Shown one piece after another: positions 26,241 to 34,191 of a DNA stretch of 63,041 nucleotides. Numbering within the stretch: the stretch's first letter is position 1; each line of letters begins with the position of its first letter. The notes under the pieces are model-generated. The model saw nothing but the letters and a program-made list of their open reading frames with translations, made no database searches and was not told the DNA's origin. A program made the translations under genes and the position numbers. Source of the stretch: an uncultured Candidatus Saccharibacteria bacterium (GTDB taxonomy: Bacteria > Patescibacteriota > WWE3 > UBA101185 > UBA10185); NCBI GenBank assembly GCA_964396025.1, contig CAYNBT010000001.1, forward strand, positions 3,129 through 66,169, written 5' to 3'.

Positions 26241-26915
26241 CTAGCCCCCATATTGCCTTGGAAACACAAACTGACTGAACTCACACCGCGCTAAATCCCC
26301 AAAGTACATAAGATAAGCGCTAAGAACATTGTCGGGGCGCAATTCTTCAATTTCACATGGTCCCAAGCTACGAACCTGATCCAAATCAATGGTCTTAGGG
26401 AGCTTCATGCAGATGTTTGGGCCAAAGTGTGCTGTAAGTGTTTCATGCAAAAGTTGTGTGTTGGGGTCAGTGTCAGTAATGTTCACTGCGTGATCTCGCC
26501 AATCGTTGGTTGAGCTAAAGTTTGCATCTGTGTAGACTGCGCGAATTCGATGAACACTAAGTTCAGCCAGTACATCCGGATCTAGAATATCTCCAACGAT
26601 GGGAAAGAAACGCCCCGATAAACCCAATCTGGCAAGATTCTGCTTGCATATGTCCATGCGGATTGGGTCGATGTCTACAGCATAGAGCCGACGAAAGTGT
26701 CCGGCGAACACAAAAGACGTTGCGCCGATTCCAGTGCAAACCTCCAAGACACTCCAAGCACCCACAGCCTCACGAATTCTCCGCGCAGCATGCTCCGCAG
26801 CGTATTGATAGTTCGATATCTTCAATCCAACTTCATCCCCCAAAAGCTGTATTCTTGGACTGAACCTATGTGCAACCCCCATCTGAGCAGGCGTATACAA
26901 ACGCACTTGATTCAT
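26241..26915 (-). CDS. class I SAM-dependent methyltransferase (Methyltransf_15/Trm-like fold)
   Basis: Motif I 'VLEVCTGIGATSF' and motif II 'LYAVDIDP'. AAGGAGGAAAC-ATG SD. GC clearly above neighbours: 31/60 in one hand-counted 60-mer versus 24/60 in a 60-mer within ftsW. Confidence 0.7.
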   Translation of the reverse strand: MNQVRLYTPAQMGVAHRFSPRIQLLGDEVGLKISNYQYAAEHAARRIREAVGAWSVLEVCTGIGATSFVFAGHFRRLYAVDIDPIRMDICKQNLARLGLSGRFFPIVGDILDPDVLAELSVHRIRAVYTDANFSSTNDWRDHAVNITDTDPNTQLLHETLTAHFGPNICMKLPKTIDLDQVRSLGPCEIEELRPDNVLSAYLMYFGDLARCEFSQFVFPRQYGG

Positions 26916-26954
26916 GTTTCCTCCTTTGTGTTTTAGGGAAGTATACTATATGAG

Positions 26955-27812
26955 TTACTTTAAGTTTTCTAGTGTTCTTAATGTATCTTGTGGGGTGGGA
27001 AAATCAGGGTTTTTATATGCTTGTGCATCCATAATATGATTTACAGTCTCCGCCCAAGGTGTTTCTTCATCAACAGCGTAATAGGCCAGAAGTACTTTGC
27101 GTGATTCGGAGTTAGGTGCTAGCGCCGTCTTTAGTTTTTCTCTTTCATCTTCTAGCAAGCTCTTACTCGCTGCGGGATCACCCTCTTGAAGAGCTTCAAG
27201 AAACATATCCAGCACATTACCGGTATCCGATTGGTCATCCTCTGCCAAGTTTCCGCTCTCTGGATCGAAAAAATTTCCAAAACCAATCTGTGCAGTGCGT
27301 AAGTAACTGAAGATATTATCATTCTTGAGGCTAGTGAGAATGCTATCAATAGAATCTGCGTGCAATGTTTCGGTGGTTTCGGCTACTTGTGACTGCATAG
27401 CGGCAGCATTAACATTAGTTGGCACTCCATGTATCTTACTAAGTAGTACGTCTATACCATTTCTGTACCTAGCATAATATTCTTCGTCAGGATCATCTCT
27501 TACGTAGATCTCTATTAACTCGATGGGCCCTCCTGAACCTAGCTCGTCATCATACTCGCTAAATGATATTTGCCCAAAGCCCAGTCGTAAATCGTCAATC
27601 GGCTCTGGATTTTCTAGCACGTGTATTGAGTTGTCCGCTGTACCCAGATACTTACAGTAGACAAGCGCAATTTTCCTACCGGTTTCTCTATCTGGTACAG
27701 CAAAACTCCACTTATACGCGTCTACCTCTTCCGCATTGATTTTTGACCAATCTACCTCAGTGTGCTCAAGGTCATAGTGTGAAATTGCAGGTTTGTATCC
27801 TTCATCGTTCAT
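26955..27812 (-). CDS. hypothetical highly acidic protein (285 aa)
   Basis: About 55 Asp/Glu versus about 20-25 Lys/Arg by hand count. No recognisable motifs. Confidence 0.6.
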   Translation of the reverse strand: MNDEGYKPAISHYDLEHTEVDWSKINAEEVDAYKWSFAVPDRETGRKIALVYCKYLGTADNSIHVLENPEPIDDLRLGFGQISFSEYDDELGSGGPIELIEIYVRDDPDEEYYARYRNGIDVLLSKIHGVPTNVNAAAMQSQVAETTETLHADSIDSILTSLKNDNIFSYLRTAQIGFGNFFDPESGNLAEDDQSDTGNVLDMFLEALQEGDPAASKSLLEDEREKLKTALAPNSESRKVLLAYYAVDEETPWAETVNHIMDAQAYKNPDFPTPQDTLRTLENLK

Positions 27813-27976
27813 AAAATAATGTTAGCACATACAATGCAAGATACTAAAGAGGACATCCCTTTAGACCCTGAATGTTCTTTGGTACAGAAATCTCGCCCAC
27901 GATGCTCCAGATGAATCATCTCATCTGAGATTTGTCCCCCATTCCAAACATGCTCATATCTGAGCTCTTCAAGCAT
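27809..27976 (-). CDS. possible 55-aa ORF translationally coupled (ATGA) to the 285-aa gene
   Basis: Hand-translated as MLEELRYEHVWNGGQISDEMIHLEHRGRDFCTKEHSGSKGMSSLVSCIVCANIIL. No SD, and it is below the ORF-track cutoff. Confidence 0.25.
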   Translation of the reverse strand: MLEELRYEHVWNGGQISDEMIHLEHRGRDFCTKEHSGSKGMSSLVSCIVCANIIL

Positions 27977-28026
27977 TTATTTTGTTGTTAAAGTGTTTTT
28001 GTTGATGAACTAAGTATGTTGTACTT

Positions 28027-28047
28027 TGGAGCGGGTGATGGGACTCG
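28027..28047 (-). repeat. 21-nt exact duplicate of the tRNA-Gly 3' end (att-like scar)
   Basis: TGGAGCGGGTGATGGGACTCG occurs at 28027..28047 and again at 28200..28220. The second copy is the T-loop-to-CCA end of the intact tRNA. Confidence 0.8.
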
Positions 28048-28164
28048 GTCACATGTCTTTCATTCGTAATTCGCTTTGCTCATAACGTATGAAAGCATTC
28101 GACCCCGCCTCCTTCACTGCGCTAAAGCTTCGTTCAGTCCGGCATTCTCGTCACTTTCACACTA

Positions 28165-28199
28165 GAAAAATGCTGCCCCCTTCGGGAACATCATTTTTC
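28165..28199 (-). terminator. hairpin terminator immediately 3' of tRNA-Gly
   Basis: AAAAATG...C(TTCG)G...CATTTTT hairpin flanked by A/T runs. Confidence 0.55.
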
Positions 28200-28274
28200 T
28201 GGAGCGGGTGATGGGACTCGAACCCACGACCTTCTCCTTGGGAAGGAGACGCTCTACCACTGAACTACACCCGC
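28200..28274 (-). tRNA. tRNA-Gly (CCC), CCA encoded
   Basis: Reverse complement folds as GCGGGTG...CACCCGC-T-CCA, with anticodon stem TCTCC/GGAGA and loop ttCCCaa. Confidence 0.9.
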
Positions 28275-28284
28275 ACACATGTAT

Positions 28285-28293
28285 AGAATACCA
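28285..28293 (-). promoter_or_regulatory. extended -10 (TGgTATTCT) 10 nt upstream of the tRNA-Gly 5' end
   Basis: Minus strand reads TGGTATTCT-atacatgtgt-GCGGGTG. Confidence 0.4.
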
Positions 28294-28393
28294 CACGCTT
28301 TCAAGCCACGGCACCATAACAGCACTATTCCCAAACAGCTGCCCACCCCATGGCAATTCCGCCGCAACACCATTGGAATTGACGCACTGTAAG

Positions 28394-28402
28394 TGCTATC
28401 AT
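28394..28402 (+). promoter_or_regulatory. extended -10 (TGcTATCAT) 10 nt upstream of the ATG at 28413
   Basis: TGCTATCAT-aactacgttc-ATG with no SD. Confidence 0.45.
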
Positions 28403-28412
28403 AACTACGTTC

Positions 28413-29153
28413 ATGCAAAACTATCAGTATAAATCCAATAAAAAACCCGCACCGGGAATGAGCGAAGAAGAGCTCCAGAAAAGGCTCAAAACTAGCCTCG
28501 CAGGAATAGTTATAGTATTACTCATTGTGATCGTTTCCTTCACATTTTTAGGGCCAAAGATCGGCTCGCTGTTTGGACTTATCTCAGTAAACAGGAACGA
28601 AGACAAGAATCAAGATAAAATCGCTCCCGTATCCCCTATCTTTTCTTACATAGACAGTCACACCAACAAAAAAGAATTGAATATTGAAGGCATTGCCGAA
28701 CCGGGAACCACCATCAAGCTGTTTGTAAACGGGCCAATCAAACACACCACAGTAGCAGATCAAAGCGGGGAATTCACATTTGCTAAAGTCACCCTAATCG
28801 AGGGCAAAAACACATTATTTGCCAAAACTACAGATTCTCAAGGAAATGAAAGTGAAAAATCAGAAACACTAAGCGTAACACTAGATACAAAAAAACCAGA
28901 CATTGATCTCATTTCACCAAAGGCAGGGGAAACAGTTAGAAATCTCGACAAAAGAATCAATGTTCAAGGCAAGCTTAATGAAAAAGCCGTGATAAAGGTT
29001 AACGGTAGAACTGCAATCTTCAAACCCGATATGACCTTTGAAGTTATCTTAGGAGTAGAAGAAGGTACTGTAGAGATAAAAGTGGAAGCTACAGACTTGG
29101 CCGGAAACAAGAAAGAAGAAAAAATTACTGTTCAGTACGTAAAAGGCAGCTAA
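28413..29153 (+). CDS. membrane-anchored protein with bacterial Ig-like domains
   Basis: TM 'IVIVLLIVIVSFTFLG', then 'IEGIAEPGTTIKLFVNG...DQSGEFTF...GKNTLFAKTTDSQGNES', a typical Big-like repeat. Confidence 0.65.
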   Translation: MQNYQYKSNKKPAPGMSEEELQKRLKTSLAGIVIVLLIVIVSFTFLGPKIGSLFGLISVNRNEDKNQDKIAPVSPIFSYIDSHTNKKELNIEGIAEPGTTIKLFVNGPIKHTTVADQSGEFTFAKVTLIEGKNTLFAKTTDSQGNESEKSETLSVTLDTKKPDIDLISPKAGETVRNLDKRINVQGKLNEKAVIKVNGRTAIFKPDMTFEVILGVEEGTVEIKVEATDLAGNKKEEKITVQYVKGS

Positions 29154-30324
29154 CCATCATCAACCAAACAAACAAAATCTGGGGGTAAAACAAGGCATTT
29201 ATAAATTGCGACTGCAGCAACAAACCAAAAGTCACGCTGCTCAACGCAAGCTTGTTGTACCCGCCGTTTGCAAAAGCAAAGTACAGTGGGTAAAAATATG
29301 CCACGGCAAAAAACACTACACCAAGTACTCCCGTTGTAGCCATTACAAACAAAAAGCTGGAATCCACTCCTCCCCCTGAATTGCCACCAAAATCCTGCAT
29401 AGATACATAACCTCGTTCAAGTTGCGCATATCTCAAAGTGTTAAAACCAACTCCCAAAAGCAAGTTGTCTTTGGAAAGCTCCCAACCCTTCTGCCATGAA
29501 ATTAATCTAAAATATGCTGAGTCAGATGGATCTGTAATACCACTCAAACGCGTCTGAAACCTTGGCACAGCAAAATATGTTAAAACCACAGTAAAACAAG
29601 CCACAACTAGTAGTTTTGGGTATTTAAACAAACCATAGATAAGCATCATTACACTTAAAGCTCCCCAACTACTGCGCGAAAACGTTAGAAATAGTGCCGC
29701 TAACAAAACTAACATCGCAACAATGTCTAAACGGGTTAATTTGCCGAATCTGGAAAAAAGCAAAACCAAGCATAAAAACAAGTAACACCCCGTAAAATTC
29801 GGGTCAAAAAACGTGGACGCCAACCTGTTTTTGTGGGGATCCCAACCCAAAGATGCCTCAAGAGTTGTAAAATCAGGCAAAACTACAAGTTGGATAAACC
29901 CAATCAAGGCGATCAAAACTCCGGAGACAATAATTGCGTTTTGCATAAAGCGCATGTCTAGAAGCTGTGCCTTGTAAAAATTGAAAAATACAACTGCAAC
30001 CAAAACATAGGAAACAAATCTGAGAAGGTAATATCCTGCAGCTAGCTGCGCACCTGTACCAAACAAAGGCAGAACTCTAATTAAGGATATGCAGGCTACA
30101 AAGCTAAAAAGTAAAAAAAACAAAAGCTGTCTTGGAACCAGCACTTTATGCAAGAACAATGCTACAAATCCCAAACCACCAAACGCAAACATAATCACAA
30201 AAACATCAAAGAGATATAGACGACCATCTATGCTTCGTGTTAAAGCCGAAAACTGACCTAAAGTCAGCATTAATATCACAACCAAAAAGAGACACTTTGA
30301 CAAAAAGCTAAGCTTTTTTTTCAT
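29125..30324 (-). CDS. O-antigen ligase/polymerase-like (Wzy_C) membrane protein
   Basis: About 10 TM helices and the 'FLTFSRSSWGAL' loop motif. Confidence 0.65.
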   Translation of the reverse strand: MKKKLSFLSKCLFLVVILMLTLGQFSALTRSIDGRLYLFDVFVIMFAFGGLGFVALFLHKVLVPRQLLFFLLFSFVACISLIRVLPLFGTGAQLAAGYYLLRFVSYVLVAVVFFNFYKAQLLDMRFMQNAIIVSGVLIALIGFIQLVVLPDFTTLEASLGWDPHKNRLASTFFDPNFTGCYLFLCLVLLFSRFGKLTRLDIVAMLVLLAALFLTFSRSSWGALSVMMLIYGLFKYPKLLVVACFTVVLTYFAVPRFQTRLSGITDPSDSAYFRLISWQKGWELSKDNLLLGVGFNTLRYAQLERGYVSMQDFGGNSGGGVDSSFLFVMATTGVLGVVFFAVAYFYPLYFAFANGGYNKLALSSVTFGLLLQSQFINALFYPQILFVWLMMVSCLLRTEQ

Positions 30325-31609
30325 ATGCTTTCCATGCGTTCTTGGCTGCTAATACAAGCAAGCATAAAATAACAAGCTCTGAAACCCATGTAACAACTGA
30401 AGATGCAAAATAAGAATAACGCGGTATAAGAATCATGTTAGCCGCAAGATTAAACCCCGCACTTATCAAATAAATCACAGGCAACAGTTTTTGACGCCCC
30501 AACGTAACTATCAGCCAAGCTATTGGCTGTGTTACATAAAAAACCACCATCCCTACAAATAAAAGTCTCATAGAAAGTATAGAATCAATAAACGCACTAC
30601 CTCCCAATATATCTATAGCAAGAGGCGCTAACAAAACTCCAAAAACAGACACTAGCACACCTAGGCCACCCAAACCGAACATGGCATATTTAAAAGTTTT
30701 TAACAGCTTCTGCTTGTCTTCTTTTAAGTGGCGCAAAAATATTGGATATGCTGCATTCATAAAAAAAGTAGGAAGAACAAGGGCGACTTCAAATATCTTG
30801 TAAGGTAGTCCGTAGAGTGCAACAACATCAGCATTGTTGTAACCCAGCTGAAAAGGTACCGGGAGAATAGAAAGTAGAATCGCGTCCGCCTTGAAGTTGA
30901 TTTGACTGAATATAAACATTAGGCCTAAGGGCAAAGATTGGGCCAACAAAAGTCTGGTTAGGGACTTGTCGATTTTGAGAGAGATTGCAACACCAAGTCT
31001 TTTGATAAAAACTAGATTGAGCAGAAAGGTGAGAATGCCCCCAAAAATGTAAAACGAGTTAATCCAGACGATATCAAGCTTTAGGGCAACACCAATCAGC
31101 AATAAGGCCAAAACCAACAAACTACCCACAACGTAAGAAATAGTTGAAAGGTCATAGCGAAGCCTGATCTGAAAAATCAAATTAGTTGTTGCATAAAGTG
31201 ATTGAGTAAGCACCAAAAACATGGAGATAGAAATACCTAATTTCAAAGCATTAGCATAAGGAAAAAACAAAATCAGCAACGTACCTAAAAGCATAATAAC
31301 CAACGAAAGCAAGATTCTAAGTACAATGATATTCCCTAAATATTTACCTATCTCATGCTCTTTATGAGCTAATTCTCTTGCAGCAATCGCATTGATACCA
31401 AAGTCAGCAATAATGAAAAAAAGTGCAGGAAAATTCTGCATTAGATTAAACCAACCATAGGCTTCTCTACCGTAATAACGGGTTATTATCAGAGTTGCGA
31501 ATACAGTAACGCTCATACTCACAAATTTGCCTACTAACTGATACAGCGTATTTGTGGCGATCTTGGCAGATACCGACGATTTTTTATCTAACAGTCCAAT
31601 CATTGACAT
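30308..31609 (-). CDS. MOP-superfamily oligosaccharide flippase (Wzx-like)
   Basis: 12-14 TM helices and the N-terminal 'ATNTLYQLVGKFVSMSVTVFATLIITRYYG' pattern. Confidence 0.65.
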   Translation of the reverse strand: MSMIGLLDKKSSVSAKIATNTLYQLVGKFVSMSVTVFATLIITRYYGREAYGWFNLMQNFPALFFIIADFGINAIAARELAHKEHEIGKYLGNIIVLRILLSLVIMLLGTLLILFFPYANALKLGISISMFLVLTQSLYATTNLIFQIRLRYDLSTISYVVGSLLVLALLLIGVALKLDIVWINSFYIFGGILTFLLNLVFIKRLGVAISLKIDKSLTRLLLAQSLPLGLMFIFSQINFKADAILLSILPVPFQLGYNNADVVALYGLPYKIFEVALVLPTFFMNAAYPIFLRHLKEDKQKLLKTFKYAMFGLGGLGVLVSVFGVLLAPLAIDILGGSAFIDSILSMRLLFVGMVVFYVTQPIAWLIVTLGRQKLLPVIYLISAGFNLAANMILIPRYSYFASSVVTWVSELVILCLLVLAAKNAWKAYEKKA

Positions 31610-32775
31610 TTCAGAGGCTCCAATTGCCTTTTTTCAAGTCTTGCAGGGTTTCCTGCCTTTTTTGGCAAATTTTTTACATGTTCAAAATGAATGTATCTAG
31701 AATCATCATCTCTGATCCAAGAAAAATGGTCAAATGGCGCGTCATATCGAATAGTAAAAGGCATCACAGCTTTCACTCTTTCGTCAGGAAGCCAAACTTC
31801 TTTAAACGCAGTCTCCAGATACCTGCTAACTTGAGCCGCCGGAATATAAGAACTGTTGTAGCTATCGCCTTCTGCGTGCGCCCAACCGGTTTCGGTGATG
31901 AACACGGGGAGTGATTTTTTTACACCAAGAATATTTTTTATATAGTTGAGTTCTTCTTGATAAGCTCTAATGCTCCACCACCCTTTATCATAAGGACTTC
32001 CACTGAAGTTGGGTTGAGGATAAGGGTGAGAGGCCCAACCATCGAGTTTGTTAAATATCCCTGGAACAGCCTGATCCATTTTTAGCAAAAAAGTTGCAGG
32101 GGCAATGTAGCCATTACCATTTGGCGCACTTGCGTTAAGTCCTCCGTTTAGCATGAAAAAATCGTTGTTCTCATCTTTAAATGTATCAATTGTGAAAGAT
32201 AATACCCTAGCATAGTTTTCCGGGTCAGCCTTTCCAAACCAAAATTTTGAGTCATTTGGTTCGTTATAAACAGAAATGTAACGTTGTTTAACCGGCCACA
32301 GAAATGAATTAAGAAATTCAGCAGCGTCTTCTGTCCTGTCCTCATAATTATCAAACTCAACCGCCCACAGTTGAACTACAGGGATTAACTGTTTTTCACG
32401 CAACATTTCAAAAACTTTAGCCCATTTACTGTAGTCTCGATCTCTAATGTTGTATGGGATTAAAACATAGCCCCAATCGCCTCCATTCGAGTTAACAAGT
32501 TCATCCGCTGCATCAAACAACTCCTCTTCTTCTGCGTAAACATAGATCCCAAATTTGTTGTTGTCCCCAGAGCCACCTGTGTAGGTATAGTAATCTATTG
32601 AATCTGTTATGGTGCAAGGCTCTTGCTTAGTGGATTCTGGCAGAAAATCAGAGATACTTAACACATCCCCTTGCTTTTGCACTTTTGAATAATCCACCAT
32701 AAAAACAATCAACAACGCAGGTATGGCTAATACAAGCACTTTTGTTAGTTTTACAACATGTTTTATCGATACCAT
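31600..32775 (-). CDS. membrane-anchored clan GH-A-like glycoside hydrolase
   Basis: N-terminal anchor, candidate acid/base 'ISVYNEPND', and candidate nucleophile 'VFITETGWAH'. Confidence 0.55.
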   Translation of the reverse strand: MVSIKHVVKLTKVLVLAIPALLIVFMVDYSKVQKQGDVLSISDFLPESTKQEPCTITDSIDYYTYTGGSGDNNKFGIYVYAEEEELFDAADELVNSNGGDWGYVLIPYNIRDRDYSKWAKVFEMLREKQLIPVVQLWAVEFDNYEDRTEDAAEFLNSFLWPVKQRYISVYNEPNDSKFWFGKADPENYARVLSFTIDTFKDENNDFFMLNGGLNASAPNGNGYIAPATFLLKMDQAVPGIFNKLDGWASHPYPQPNFSGSPYDKGWWSIRAYQEELNYIKNILGVKKSLPVFITETGWAHAEGDSYNSSYIPAAQVSRYLETAFKEVWLPDERVKAVMPFTIRYDAPFDHFSWIRDDDSRYIHFEHVKNLPKKAGNPARLEKRQLEPLKCQ

Positions 32776-32781
32776 ATCAAC

Positions 32782-32790
32782 ATTTTAGCA
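32782..32790 (-). promoter_or_regulatory. extended -10 (TGcTAAAAT) 6 nt upstream of the ATG at 32775
   Basis: Minus strand reads TGCTAAAAT-gttgat-ATG with no SD. Confidence 0.5.
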
Positions 32791-32799
32791 CTTATCTGA

Positions 32800-34122
32800 A
32801 TGCTAAATACGTATTACAATGTACAGGTGAGAAAATACGTTTATCTGCTCTTTGCCCAATATTTCTTGGTCATTGCCGCGGGAATATCAAACTACAAATT
32901 GCAAAATATACAGCCAAGCGCCACTGTGGTAACACCAAAAGGAAACACCTACAGCGTGCTAGCATCTGCGTCTAGTTTTGAGATGCAGCAAAATGTTGTT
33001 TATGGTTTCTTACCTTACTGGACATTGGAAAAAGCAGAAAACATTCAAATGGATAAACTTACTGATATAGCATATTTCGGGCTTCATATTGATAAGTCAG
33101 GAAAAATTATAAAACTTGACGAAGACGGCACCACCGCACCAGGTTACAATCATTGGAGAAACAGTGACACTCTTACTGAAGTCATACAAAAAGCAAAGAT
33201 GGAAGGAGTTCGTGTTGCACTTACCGTTATGTCTCACAACGACGAAACCTCGGATGCATTTTTAAATTGTACTGCTTGCTGGAAGACCCTAGCGGAAGAA
33301 CTTGAGACCGAAATGACTTATAGAAATGTGAAGCATCTCAATCTGGATTTTGAATATGTAGAATACCCAAGACCTGAAATTGCAGCAAGATACACCGAGT
33401 TAACCGCTTACTTAAATAAGTACTTAGATCAAAAATTTGGCGATTCTTTTGTTGTTGTATCAACTTTCGCAGATTCAGTTGTAAAAACCCGCGTAACCGA
33501 AATTGTTGGACTGTCTCGTGCCACGGACGCACTGTTTATCATGGCATATGACTTTCATCATCCTACCTCCGATAATGCTGGTCCTGTCTCCCCTATCAGC
33601 ATAGAAGGCGAAAAGTATGATATTGAGCAAATGATCCAAGACTATCTAACTATAGCTGCGCCGGGAAAACTGATTATGGGAGTGCCATATTATGGGTACA
33701 ATTGGGTTGTAACAGGGGAAGATGCAAAATCAGAAAGAATCGATGGAAACGAAAACATTGGTTTTTCCCAATCCCAGACTTACGAAGCCATTATAGATAC
33801 GCTCTTGGAAACAAATGCTGAAGTACTGTGGGATGAAGAAGCTAAAGTCCCTTACTTTTCTTATGTGAGCAATGAAACAGGTTCAAACAGGCAGGTTTAT
33901 TTTGAGAATACTAAATCCTTGCAATACAAGTACCAGTTGGCAAAGCAGAACAAGTTCGGCGGAGTTGGCATATGGGCACTTGGTTACGACGGAGGTTATC
34001 AGGAACTTTGGGATCTGCTGTCACAAGAATTCCCAAATACAACAAATTCATCAACAGCTGATACTGGTGGCCGCTGTTGGGATCGAACCAACGACCTCTG
34101 CAATGTGAATGCAGCGCTCTAA
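32800..34122 (+). CDS. GH18 (chitinase-like) glycoside hydrolase
   Basis: 'HLNLDFEYVE' (DxxDxDxE-type catalytic strand with E retained), 'MGVPYYGY', and 'FGGVGIWALGYDG'. The last 58 nt run antisense through tRNA-Val. Confidence 0.75.
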   Translation: MLNTYYNVQVRKYVYLLFAQYFLVIAAGISNYKLQNIQPSATVVTPKGNTYSVLASASSFEMQQNVVYGFLPYWTLEKAENIQMDKLTDIAYFGLHIDKSGKIIKLDEDGTTAPGYNHWRNSDTLTEVIQKAKMEGVRVALTVMSHNDETSDAFLNCTACWKTLAEELETEMTYRNVKHLNLDFEYVEYPRPEIAARYTELTAYLNKYLDQKFGDSFVVVSTFADSVVKTRVTEIVGLSRATDALFIMAYDFHHPTSDNAGPVSPISIEGEKYDIEQMIQDYLTIAAPGKLIMGVPYYGYNWVVTGEDAKSERIDGNENIGFSQSQTYEAIIDTLLETNAEVLWDEEAKVPYFSYVSNETGSNRQVYFENTKSLQYKYQLAKQNKFGGVGIWALGYDGGYQELWDLLSQEFPNTTNSSTADTGGRCWDRTNDLCNVNAAL

Positions 34123-34141
34123 CCATCTGAGCTAAGCGGCC
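34065..34141 (-). tRNA. tRNA-Val (CAC), CCA encoded
   Basis: Reverse complement folds as GGCCGCT...AGCGGCC-A-CCA, with anticodon stem CTGCA/TGCAG and loop ttCACat. Confidence 0.9.
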
Positions 34142-34179
34142 CTGTGTTTACTCAGTGTTGAAGTTTTATTCCAGTATCC

Positions 34180-34185
34180 TACAAT
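34180..34185 (+). promoter_or_regulatory. -10 box TACAAT 6 nt upstream of the lepB ATG
   Basis: TACAAT-tacaga-ATG with no SD. Confidence 0.45.
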
Positions 34186-34191
34186 TACAGA

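Noticed and set aside
28053-28096. Imperfect hairpin (TCTTTCATTCGTAA...TAACGTATGAAAGCA) between the two tRNA-Gly 3'-end copies, considered as a small ncRNA or degraded tRNA
   Set aside because: No cloverleaf or known ncRNA motif could be folded by hand, and the stem has mismatches. It is reported only as part of the att-like scar finding.
25134-28274. Integrase, transposase or other mobility gene in the tRNA-flanked island
   Set aside because: None of the five ORFs shows tyrosine or serine recombinase motifs or DDE motifs. The mobile-element interpretation therefore rests only on the tRNA 3'-end duplicate and composition, and no mobile_element feature is called.
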